From Clostridiales bacterium 38-18 (lineage in GTDB: Bacteria > Bacillota > Clostridia > Peptostreptococcales > Acidaminobacteraceae): a stretch of 32,000 nucleotides of DNA. The stretch lies in the NCBI GenBank assembly GCA_001897605.1, contig MKTL01000002.1, positions 68,856-100,855 on the forward strand, in the 5' to 3' direction. Positions 10,350 to 18,279 of this stretch are shown piece after piece. Under the pieces are notes generated by a model. It ran no database searches and had not been told where the DNA came from. It worked only from the letters and a program-made list of their open reading frames with translations. Made by a program: the position numbers and the translations under genes. Each line of letters starts with the position of its first letter. The first letter of the stretch is position 1.

Positions 10350-10437
10350 CCCAGATAAACTTTTATTTAACACCTATTTAATTATTTATGTATAAGATAA
10401 AAGTATGTTAACAAATTGTGACTTTAGCAATAATCGC

Positions 10438-10466
10438 TTGCAAGTACGGCTCAATAGAGGTAAAGT
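10438..10466 (+). promoter_or_regulatory. candidate sigma-A promoter for the antiporter gene
   Basis: TTGCAA (10438-10443), 17 nt spacer, TAAAGT (10461-10466), lying 33 nt upstream of the ATG. Confidence 0.35.
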
Positions 10467-10498
10467 AGTAATTATTTATACCGTAAAGGAGCTTTAAC

Positions 10499-11464
10499 AT
10501 GATTTATGTATTATTAGTGCTTGGATTTGTTTTATTGATTAAAGGGGCAGATTTTTTTGTCGATGGCGCATCGGGAATTGCGACTTATTTTAAAATTCCA
10601 TCGATCATCATAGGCTTAACCATAGTTGCATTTGGTACTTCAGCGCCTGAGGCGGCGGTTAGTATAGGTGCTGGCTTATCGGGAAGTAATGGCATCGCCA
10701 TAGGAAATGTACTTGGTAGTAACATATTTAATATTAGTATGATTTTAGGTCTTACCGCATTCATATTTCCACTCGATGTTCAAAAGCAAACCATACGAAA
10801 GGAAATCCCTTTAACGCTATTGAGTGGAGCTGCACTATTAATCTTAGCAGGAGATCGTTTTTTTGGAGACAGTAATGTAATGCTACTATCTAGAGGTGAT
10901 GGTATTATTCTATTATTGTTTTTTTGTGTATTCTTATATTATATAGTTGAAGCAGCACTTAATAGTAGAGATAAGAGTGAGCATTACTTAGACGAGACAG
11001 AAATCAAGCAAGTGAAAATAGGATCTAATATTTTGTTAACTGTATTGGGTCTTGCGGGGATCTTAATTGGAGGGCAATTGGTCGTCTCTAGCAGCGTCTC
11101 TATTGCAAAAAGCTTTGGCATCAGCGAAACCGTAATTGGATTAACCATTATTGCAATTGGTACCTCTTTACCTGAATTAATAACCAGTATCACAGCTGCT
11201 CGTAAAAAAAATACAGATATTGCTGTCGGTAATATTATAGGAAGTAATATTTTTAATATTTTGTTTGTACTTGGGGCTTCAGCACTCATTCATCCTATAA
11301 TTGTAGAACCGAAGCTAGTAGTTGAGCTTACCATAAATATTCTCTTAACGATTGCACTATTCATTTTCTCTAGAAGCCATAATAAGATCGTCAAGGGAGA
11401 AGGTATTATATTTATTTTGTTTTATTTATTCTATACAGGATATCTGTTAAGTATGAATTTGTAG
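10499..11464 (+). CDS. CaCA family calcium/sodium antiporter (YrbG-like)
   Basis: Two alpha-repeats are present: GTSAPEAAVS...GNVLGSNIFNI and GTSLPELITS...GNIIGSNIFNILF. About 10 TM helices. RBS AAGGAG. Confidence 0.88.
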   Translation: MIYVLLVLGFVLLIKGADFFVDGASGIATYFKIPSIIIGLTIVAFGTSAPEAAVSIGAGLSGSNGIAIGNVLGSNIFNISMILGLTAFIFPLDVQKQTIRKEIPLTLLSGAALLILAGDRFFGDSNVMLLSRGDGIILLLFFCVFLYYIVEAALNSRDKSEHYLDETEIKQVKIGSNILLTVLGLAGILIGGQLVVSSSVSIAKSFGISETVIGLTIIAIGTSLPELITSITAARKKNTDIAVGNIIGSNIFNILFVLGASALIHPIIVEPKLVVELTINILLTIALFIFSRSHNKIVKGEGIIFILFYLFYTGYLLSMNL

Positions 11465-11485
11465 TTTACTTAGGAGGTGAACCAC

Positions 11486-13399
11486 ATGGAAATGACTATG
11501 ACTTTACATGAATACTATCAAGATGCTAAAGCAAAAGGCAAACGTGAGTTTAATCGATTAAAGGGTAGAGGACAGTCTGCACATTTGAGCTCTCTTGATG
11601 GTCTTCTGAAAGATGTGGATATCGTCGGCTCTGTATCACTTGGAACCTTTGAAGTGCCGCTAGAAAAAGTAGTTGGTACCTATTATCATGCGCGCAGAAT
11701 GTTATTTTCAAAAAGCTTTTTACCTCTAGAATCAGATAACAGTGAGTTTGGATACAAGTGGATGGAGGTGTGTCGTGCACATCTTGAGGAAGGCATTAGA
11801 GATCCGATCAAAGTCTATGAGTACCTTAACTATTATTATGTTATGGAGGGAAATAAAAGGGTCAGTGTATTAAAGTATTTTGATGTGGCATCTATTCAAG
11901 CTGAAATCACACGTCTCATACCAAGATTTGACGAGAATGATGAAAATATAGTGAATTATTATGCTTATCTTGATTTTTACAATGAAACGAAGCTCATGAG
12001 TATTTGGTTAAGCAAACCATATCGCTATCAAAGATTGCTTAATTATTTGAATGATTACCACCCAGAAGGCATAGCTGAAGAAGAGAAATTTAAGCATTTT
12101 GATAAATATGTGTTCCGACCATTTAGAAAGATTTTCTTAGAGTTTGGTGGCGAAAAGCTACCAATGACCACAGCGGATGCATTTTTACTTTATATGAAGC
12201 TCTATAACATACCTTGGGAGTTAGATGAGTCACAGGTAAGAAGTATCATGCCAAGTTTGTTGCTTGAATTAAGCAACTATGGTGAGTACGAAGAACTGGA
12301 AATCGTTACCACGACTGATGAAATGGAAAAGACAACCTTATTGGATTCACTTACTTCTTTGTTTGGAACGCGTTTTTTAAAGGTTGGATTTGTTTATGCG
12401 AGAGATACTGAAAGGTCGGGCTGGACTTATTCTCATGATCTCGGTAGACGCTATATAGAAGAGAAGTTCGGGCAGCAGATTGAGACGGGATGGATTGATC
12501 AAGTGCCTGAGGATGACTCGGCTTATGAGGTCATCAAGAAATTTGCTGTAGAAGGCAATTACGATGTTGTCTTTACTACGAGTGAGGTTTTCAGGAGAGC
12601 AACTGTAAAATGTGCAATTGAGCTTCCAAAAATTAAGTTCTTTAGCTGCTCGGGGAATAGACCCTATGTCCACATGTCCAACTACTTTGGTAGAACCTAC
12701 GAGCCAAGATTTCTAACGGGTATCATTGCAGGTGCTTTGACAAAAACCGATGTGATAGGCTATACGGCAACTGATGCAAATCCTGAAGTGATTAGCTCCA
12801 TCAATGCCTTTGCACTTGGTGTTAAACTGGTTAATCCAAGAGCGAAGGTACTCGTCGCCTATACCGGTGAGTGGAACAACCCACAAAAGAGTACAGACAT
12901 CAGTGAAAAACTCATCGAACAAAATGCAGATATACTCAGTAACAAGAACTTAATTGTACCGAGAGATGTAACCTGGGATTATGGCGTCTACGCAATGCTT
13001 TGTGATATCGATCCAGAGACAAAGCAACCTAAAAATTACCTCGCTGCGCCGATTTGGAAGTGGGGGAACTTTTATGAAAAAATAATCAACAGCCTTTTGA
13101 ATGGTTCCTATCAAAGAATGGTTGCCAATTCTACAACGACTCAAAGAGTTCTTAACTTTTGGTGGGGGCTTGATGTTGGCGTATTAGATTTGTATATGGC
13201 CGAAAATAAGCTACCAAATGACACACTTAAGCTGGTTAAGCACTTTAAAGATATGGTGAAAACCGATCAGTATCATCCGTTTGTGGGGCCAGTATATGAT
13301 AAAGAAGGCATCTTAAGAGTAGAGCCCGGTGAAATTCCATCTCCTGATGAAATTATGAGCTTGGATTGGTTTGTTGATAACGTCGACATTATTGATTAA
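11486..13399 (+). CDS. cytoplasmic fusion protein: N-terminal ParB/Srx-like domain plus C-terminal BMP (PnrA/Med-like) periplasmic-binding-fold domain
   Basis: The ORF opens at GTG 11477, which overlaps the RBS AGGAGG (11472-11477). ATG 11486 has the proper 8-nt spacing. The N-terminal part has IRDPIKVYEYLNYYYVMEGNKRVSVLKYFDVASIQAEI, resembling the ParB-N core. The C-terminal half (LKVGFVYARD...FLTGIIAGALTK...INAFALGVKLVNP) is BMP-family-like. No signal peptide or lipobox is present. Confidence 0.6.
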   Translation: MEMTMTLHEYYQDAKAKGKREFNRLKGRGQSAHLSSLDGLLKDVDIVGSVSLGTFEVPLEKVVGTYYHARRMLFSKSFLPLESDNSEFGYKWMEVCRAHLEEGIRDPIKVYEYLNYYYVMEGNKRVSVLKYFDVASIQAEITRLIPRFDENDENIVNYYAYLDFYNETKLMSIWLSKPYRYQRLLNYLNDYHPEGIAEEEKFKHFDKYVFRPFRKIFLEFGGEKLPMTTADAFLLYMKLYNIPWELDESQVRSIMPSLLLELSNYGEYEELEIVTTTDEMEKTTLLDSLTSLFGTRFLKVGFVYARDTERSGWTYSHDLGRRYIEEKFGQQIETGWIDQVPEDDSAYEVIKKFAVEGNYDVVFTTSEVFRRATVKCAIELPKIKFFSCSGNRPYVHMSNYFGRTYEPRFLTGIIAGALTKTDVIGYTATDANPEVISSINAFALGVKLVNPRAKVLVAYTGEWNNPQKSTDISEKLIEQNADILSNKNLIVPRDVTWDYGVYAMLCDIDPETKQPKNYLAAPIWKWGNFYEKIINSLLNGSYQRMVANSTTTQRVLNFWWGLDVGVLDLYMAENKLPNDTLKLVKHFKDMVKTDQYHPFVGPVYDKEGILRVEPGEIPSPDEIMSLDWFVDNVDIID

Positions 13400-13429
13400 A
13401 ACGTAGCTAGGAGTGAAAAAATGCAAATT

Positions 13430-13482
13430 TAAAACCCCTAAGAATTAGATGAAAACACATCAAATGCTTAGGGGTTATTTTA
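13430..13482. terminator. bidirectional terminator between convergent genes
   Basis: Stem ACCCCTAAG (13434-13442) / CTTAGGGGT (13467-13475) has an A-run upstream and a T-rich tract downstream. The loop is large at 24 nt. Confidence 0.6.
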
Positions 13483-13494
13483 TGTTTAGAAATA

Positions 13495-14076
13495 CTAAAA
13501 TTCTATGATGCTATGATCGTAAGCATTGATGATGCGAGTAGAATTGTATTTATGCTCTCGATTACAGATGCCATAGTTCAAATGCTGGTGACCGTGAATC
13601 ATCAGCTTAGGCTCGTACTTATCTAACAGTTTAAAAAAGCATTGATAGCCAATATGTGCTTGATCTTTGCCATCACCAAGTCCAAAGGCGGGTGAATGTG
13701 TCACTAGGATATCAATTCCCTTTCGATATTTGAATTTGTTTTTGAAAATTCGTCTCGACATTTCACGTTCTGTGAATTGTAAGAGGCCACCATTATAGGT
13801 CATACACCCACCTAACCCTGCAATTCTGATGCCTTTGAAATCAAAAACCCCATCGTCGATACATTCACACCCCTCAGCGGGTGTTTGAAGTAGCATCTTA
13901 TCGTGATTGCCATGAACGTATAGCAAAGGCCGATTGACCATAGTTACCACATAGGAGAGGTAATTTGACTTTAAATCGCCTGCCGAGATGATCAGGTCCA
14001 CATCGCGATAGCGTTCGGGCTGAAAATGATCCAAGAGATGTTTACTTTCAATGTCTGAGATTGCAAGAATTTTCAT
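13495..14076 (-). CDS. metallophosphoesterase (calcineurin-like phosphoesterase family)
   Basis: Motifs ILAISDIE, AGDL, VHGNHD, LVTHSP and IHGHQH. RBS AGGAGG. Confidence 0.82.
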   Translation of the reverse strand: MKILAISDIESKHLLDHFQPERYRDVDLIISAGDLKSNYLSYVVTMVNRPLLYVHGNHDKMLLQTPAEGCECIDDGVFDFKGIRIAGLGGCMTYNGGLLQFTEREMSRRIFKNKFKYRKGIDILVTHSPAFGLGDGKDQAHIGYQCFFKLLDKYEPKLMIHGHQHLNYGICNREHKYNSTRIINAYDHSIIEF

Positions 14077-14131
14077 AAAGCCTCCTAATAAGTAATCCTA
14101 TTGTATCATAATAAGAAATAACTTAAAATAC

Positions 14132-14160
14132 TTGCATCGGCTTACTAAAAGGCGTAAATT
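14132..14160 (+). promoter_or_regulatory. candidate promoter of the tRNA-Thr gene
   Basis: TTGCAT (14132-14137), 17 nt spacer, TAAATT (14155-14160), lying 12 nt upstream of the mature tRNA 5' end. Confidence 0.4.
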
Positions 14161-14172
14161 AAAATTAGACCT

Positions 14173-14247
14173 GCTAATGTGGCTCAACGGTAGAGCAGCG
14201 GTATCGTAAACCGCAGGTTAAGGGTTCGATTCCCTTCATTAGCTCCA
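14173..14247 (+). tRNA. tRNA-Thr (anticodon CGT), 75 nt with encoded CCA
   Basis: Hand-folded cloverleaf. Acceptor GCTAATG/CATTAGC, D stem GCTC/GAGC, anticodon stem GCGGT/ACCGC with loop ATCGTAA, 5-nt variable loop, T stem AAGGG/CCCTT with loop TTCGATT, discriminator T, then CCA. Confidence 0.9.
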
Positions 14248-14290
14248 AAAAGCCTACAAACATTGAATACTCAATGCTTGTAGGCTTTTC
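14248..14290. terminator. bidirectional terminator (tRNA-Thr on + and lipoprotein gene on -)
   Basis: A 15-bp hairpin spans 14251-14286 (AGCCTACAA-CATTGA / TCAATG-TTGTAGGCT, one internal mismatch), flanked by an A-run and T4. Confidence 0.85.
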
Positions 14291-14299
14291 TAATGCTTT

Positions 14300-15916
14300 C
14301 TATGGACGCGTTGGCTTTTGACCACCAGGCATTTGTCCTCCCGGCATTTGACCGATGCTCCCTTCAACGGCTTCACCCGTTTCGGAGAAGGTCATTACTG
14401 AGCTAGTAAGTGTTAAGCTTGCGGTTTGAGTGCCATTGACGGTTAACGTGTAGGTACTATCGAGTGATAATCCTTCCGCACTAAATACAATGGTTTGGAA
14501 ATTTTTAGATGGCGTGTGGCTGACGACTACGTTACCAGATGCGTCCAGTATCGCCACCTCTGTACCTGCTGCTTGATTTGAACTAAAATAGATCATAACG
14601 GCTGGCTGTGAAGAACCTTCACTTGGCGCTTCAGCCATACTCGAGCTCCCTGTGGCGATTAATGTACCGCCGTTAACGATGCCTGTACCATCATAGTCTA
14701 AAGCACCATTCATAGTGATCGTTGGGCCATCAACGATTACGATGCCACCATTGATCGTAAATGAGCCATTTGAATCAAGGCCATCGCCCTCGGCATATAT
14801 TCTTAAATAGCCGCCATTAACCGTAAAGTCATTTTGTCCTGAATCACTTGCCGCATTGATCCCATCGTCAGATGAGGTCAGTGTAATTTCACCATCGTTG
14901 AGGATGATGTGTTGTGCTTCTATTCCTTCATAGGATTCCGTGATTGTGATGATGCCACCGCTTATTGTAAGTGTTCCAGTTGCGGTTAAGCCATCGTCAC
15001 CTGCTGAGATTTCAAAGTTTCCGCCTGTAATCGTCATATCTGTTTCTGCTTTTATTGCATCATTATCCGTCTGGATAATAAAATCGCCACCTTCGATGAT
15101 CATCCAGCCCTTTGAAGCATCTTCATCATTGCTTGACTGTATTGCATCGCCTGCTGCATTGATCTTAAATTGTCCTGATACGATTTGCACAGAATCTCGA
15201 CCCTTTATGCCATCGCCCTTTGAAGTCAAATCAAAAGTACCACTGACGACCTTTAAGTCATCCTTTGTGAAAATTGCGTGCTCGGTATTTCCTGTAACCG
15301 ATAAAGAGCCTGTTCCGTTAAATGTGAGATCGATTTCGCTGTATAAAGCTGCATTATAAGTAGCTGTGGTGCTATCCAACATGCCATCTATAAGATGATT
15401 AATTGAGTTAGGTGCCAGTGTAACGATTAGTTTGTCACCCGAAAGTGCCATAATTGCTGGTCCTGACGAGTTTGTAATCGATGCATTATTGAGGACGATA
15501 TGGACATCCGCATTTTCTTCCGCTGCGATGAGAATATAGCCATCCTCTAAAGTGCCTGAAATGACATAGGTGCCTTCTTCAGAAATTGTAATTTCATTGC
15601 CATTGATACTTGCACCAGACCCATCAATTGTGCTAGCATTATTTGAAAGCGATATCGTTGTAGCATCATCAAAGCTGCTGTCGATATCCTTATCGCTAAG
15701 TTCAATCAGATTAGGCTCTGGACTGTTTAGCGAAGCCTCAGCTTGAGCTGTGGTCGTTTCTGTCGTTGTATTGTTGACTTCACTTGTTAATTCGACTGTA
15801 GTTGAGACGGCAGTTGTCGTTGTATTTGAACCACATCCCATTAAAATGAAGGCCAATGTAAGTATTAGGATGAGTAATTTAGAAAAACTTTGGGTAAACA
15901 GATTATACTTTTTCAT
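14300..15916 (-). CDS. lipoprotein, carbohydrate-binding beta-helix protein of the Cthe_2159 (PF14262-like) family
   Basis: Lipobox LAFILMGC-GSN, then a Thr-rich linker. The stretch ISLSNNASTIDGSGASINGNEITISEEGTYVISGTLEDGYILIAAEENADVHIVLNNASITNSSGPAI and repeated GD(G/A)I(K/Q/D) coils are typical of this family. Confidence 0.7.
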   Translation of the reverse strand: MKKYNLFTQSFSKLLILILTLAFILMGCGSNTTTTAVSTTVELTSEVNNTTTETTTAQAEASLNSPEPNLIELSDKDIDSSFDDATTISLSNNASTIDGSGASINGNEITISEEGTYVISGTLEDGYILIAAEENADVHIVLNNASITNSSGPAIMALSGDKLIVTLAPNSINHLIDGMLDSTTATYNAALYSEIDLTFNGTGSLSVTGNTEHAIFTKDDLKVVSGTFDLTSKGDGIKGRDSVQIVSGQFKINAAGDAIQSSNDEDASKGWMIIEGGDFIIQTDNDAIKAETDMTITGGNFEISAGDDGLTATGTLTISGGIITITESYEGIEAQHIILNDGEITLTSSDDGINAASDSGQNDFTVNGGYLRIYAEGDGLDSNGSFTINGGIVIVDGPTITMNGALDYDGTGIVNGGTLIATGSSSMAEAPSEGSSQPAVMIYFSSNQAAGTEVAILDASGNVVVSHTPSKNFQTIVFSAEGLSLDSTYTLTVNGTQTASLTLTSSVMTFSETGEAVEGSIGQMPGGQMPGGQKPTRP

Positions 15917-16009
15917 GGTTTTTATTCCTTTCTAAAAATGTTTGATATTCATGAATTGAGTTAAGTATAAAAGGTTTGCCTTAAAGTAACCTTAAACAAT
16001 GGAGGAAAT

Positions 16010-16927
16010 ATGAAATATAAAAAAATAAAAGGGATAGAGAAGGAAGTATCAATGATTGCACTGGGTTGTATGCGCATTGATCGACTATCAGTTGAAGCAT
16101 TAGAGAGCCTAGTAGAGGTTGCATTGTCCTTGGGAATCAATTTCTTTGACCATGCAGACATCTATGGAGGTGGGCAATCAGAGGTTATTTTTGGAGAGGT
16201 ATTAAAACGCAATCCACAGTGGCGTGAAAAAATGATCCTACAGAGCAAGTGTGGGATTAGAAATGGATATTATGATTTGTCAAAGGCGCACATCATTTCT
16301 TCAGTTGAAGCATCACTCAAACATCTACAAACCGATTATTTAGATGTCCTTTTATTACACCGACCAGATGCACTGATGGACCCAGCTGAAATTGGTGAAG
16401 CGTTTGAATCCTTATATAAAAGAGGCATCGTAAAAGCCTTTGGTGTTTCCAATATGACCCCAGGGCAGATGAGTTTAATACAAAAGCACAGTGAGTTTCC
16501 ACTGCTTTTCAATCAGCTACAATTTAATGTGGTCCATTCTGGGATGATTGATGCTGGCATTTATGCCAATATGAAAGACGCCAGTGCCATAGATTATGAC
16601 GGCGGCGTCTTAGATTATTGTAGAGTAAATGATATTACCATTCAATGTTGGTCGATTCTTCAGGCTTCATGGACAGAAGGCAGTTACCTTGATCACCCAA
16701 ATTATGAAGCGCTCAACCTGCTTTTAAAATCACTTGGAGAAAAATATAACGTCAGCCCATCTGCTATAGCAACTGCATGGATTCTTAGACACCCAGCTGG
16801 TATGCAAGCCATCGCAGGTACGACGACACCTGAAAACCTTAGAAAAATAGCTCAGGCAACGACCATCACACTTTCAAGAGAAGATTGGTATGCACTCTAT
16901 AAATCTGTGGGAAGACAATTGCCTTGA
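16010..16927 (+). CDS. aldo/keto reductase (YdhF-like)
   Basis: Motifs GCMRI, INFFDHADIYGGGQSE, LLHRPD, FGVSN and a C-terminal AGTT. RBS GGAGGA. Confidence 0.85.
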   Translation: MKYKKIKGIEKEVSMIALGCMRIDRLSVEALESLVEVALSLGINFFDHADIYGGGQSEVIFGEVLKRNPQWREKMILQSKCGIRNGYYDLSKAHIISSVEASLKHLQTDYLDVLLLHRPDALMDPAEIGEAFESLYKRGIVKAFGVSNMTPGQMSLIQKHSEFPLLFNQLQFNVVHSGMIDAGIYANMKDASAIDYDGGVLDYCRVNDITIQCWSILQASWTEGSYLDHPNYEALNLLLKSLGEKYNVSPSAIATAWILRHPAGMQAIAGTTTPENLRKIAQATTITLSREDWYALYKSVGRQLP

Positions 16928-16933
16928 TGGGAT

Positions 16934-18127
16934 TTAATTGGTGTAATTAATGTTTAAACTATGGCTCATCTTCATAAGATGGGCCTTTAATTTTTTAAAG
17001 CCCCAATAGCCCGTCAAATGACGTCTTGATTTATCATGGATGTATATGTTTGAAAAATACCGTCTATGAAGAATTAAAGCATCGTCGATAAGCAGCGTTA
17101 AGCTACGATCCAGCAGCATGTTTAGCGTCATAACCTCAGCTTTGCCCTTAGAGAGCATGATTTCTCTTGAAAGTGCAATCAGTTGATCTACCTTGTGTTC
17201 CAGCATATAAGGGGACGCTTCACTGCTAAACAGAGTCATATGATTTGCTTCTCGATCGGTGGTCATATCCTGTAAATCGTCTGCAAGCTGTAGCACGATC
17301 CCATAACCCGTTAAAAAGTGAAAAAGATGATCGTCAAGCGAGCCACACACCAGAAATCCATCTGCTAAAACCGAAGAAGCACCTTTTCTAAATGAAATGT
17401 CTAGAATTTGTCCTTCTGACAGTAGATCGTACTGCTGAGCCAAGCTTTTTTTCTGATCGCGGTGAATTTGAAGCAAGCTTTCATAGACCTCAGGGTACTC
17501 ATAGCGGTCGTACTGTGCTTCTATCAGTCCAATCATTTGATCCACCGATTGCGTATGCGGATGCTTTGCTTTAATTGAACCTTTTAATCGCTCGCCCACA
17601 TAGTGAACAAACGCTTTTTTATCCTGTTCATTCAGCTCAGGATCGTCAAGAACATTGTCGGTAAGTGGGTAGAGCATACTATAAGCGTACATCGCATCCG
17701 TTAGGTGAACGGGCATCGCTGTCATCATCTGAATCGCGATCATAATCCAAACGTTTCTCAAAGCTTGATAGATACTGTCTTCCTTCATCTCTGGAAAATC
17801 GTGCTTAGCTCTATCGATAAATTGCTCAGTAGCTGCTATATAATCGCCTCTGACCGTTTCGTCAAGTGCTTTATAATCCATTTGAAACCATAACTTTAAC
17901 AGATCGTCTACAACCTGATCTGATTTTAAGTGTTTCAACTGAGAGAGAGATTGATAGCCTTGACACTTTTTCATAAGCGCCTTGATGCACTTTCTAGCAT
18001 GATAATAGGATAAAAATTGATGCATGAGAGATTGCTTTGGACGCACCACAGGACTGGTTTCTAACGTGAACCATTTGTTTTTATAGGATTGTATGTGTGA
18101 TTCAAATTGATAGATAAAGTTGGACAT
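16934..18127 (-). CDS. hypothetical protein, class-1 isoprenoid synthase (trans-prenyltransferase/terpene synthase) fold-like
   Basis: All-helical composition. Two Asp-rich motifs sit at the expected spacing: YPLTDNVLDDPELNEQD and GYGIVLQLADDLQDMTTD (compare G..FQ..DD..D), with FRKGASS between them. RBS AAGGAG. The assignment is from motifs only. Confidence 0.4.
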   Translation of the reverse strand: MSNFIYQFESHIQSYKNKWFTLETSPVVRPKQSLMHQFLSYYHARKCIKALMKKCQGYQSLSQLKHLKSDQVVDDLLKLWFQMDYKALDETVRGDYIAATEQFIDRAKHDFPEMKEDSIYQALRNVWIMIAIQMMTAMPVHLTDAMYAYSMLYPLTDNVLDDPELNEQDKKAFVHYVGERLKGSIKAKHPHTQSVDQMIGLIEAQYDRYEYPEVYESLLQIHRDQKKSLAQQYDLLSEGQILDISFRKGASSVLADGFLVCGSLDDHLFHFLTGYGIVLQLADDLQDMTTDREANHMTLFSSEASPYMLEHKVDQLIALSREIMLSKGKAEVMTLNMLLDRSLTLLIDDALILHRRYFSNIYIHDKSRRHLTGYWGFKKLKAHLMKMSHSLNINYTN

Positions 18128-18243
18128 GTCGTGCTCCTTTATAGATTACTCATGTGTATAGTATATCAATTAATGGATTGGAATTGGGTTAGAATCCAAC
18201 TAAAATATAATAGGAATTAATAGCAAATAGAATGCCTCTAGAC

Positions 18244-18272
18244 TTGACAAAATGCCATAAAACGCATATACT
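18244..18272 (+). promoter_or_regulatory. sigma-A promoter of the T-box leader
   Basis: TTGACA (18244-18249), exactly 17 nt spacer, TATACT (18267-18272). Confidence 0.75.
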
Positions 18273-18279
18273 TTCTTCA

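Noticed and set aside
10407-10422. GTTAACAAATTGTGAC considered as a Rex (TTGTGAA-N4-TTCACAA) or CRP/FNR-type site upstream of cydA
   Set aside because: The half-sites are in the wrong relative order and spacing for Rex. No TCACA partner lies 6 nt from TGTGA. It is kept only as a remark under the cyd promoter finding.
11477-11485. GTG 11477 as the start of the ParB/BMP fusion gene
   Set aside because: This GTG overlaps the last base of the AGGAGG RBS. ATG 11486 has ideal spacing.
14940-15359. 139-aa plus-strand ORF inside the lipoprotein gene. The same applies to other antisense ORFs in the track: 139-360, 2061-2246, 4726-4920, 4858-5043, 5587-5772, 7012-7242, 7039-7224, 8187-8384, 8697-8924, 8966-9220, 9773-10060, 10984-11289, 11550-11780, 12377-12673, 12713-12922, 12950-13144, 15750-15935, 16317-16502, 17392-17574, 17705-17893, 18986-19237, 21038-21253, 21099-21308, 21711-21923, 21981-22193, 22493-22678, 24389-24583, 25353-25733, 28094-28294 and 31734-31943.
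   Set aside because: All lie wholly inside, or antisense to, long ORFs that have clear family signatures. They lack an RBS and have low-complexity or hydrophobic shadow-frame composition.
15961-16161. 66-aa minus-strand ORF overlapping the aldo/keto reductase start
   Set aside because: It overlaps a well-supported CDS and its RBS, and has no RBS or recognisable motif of its own.
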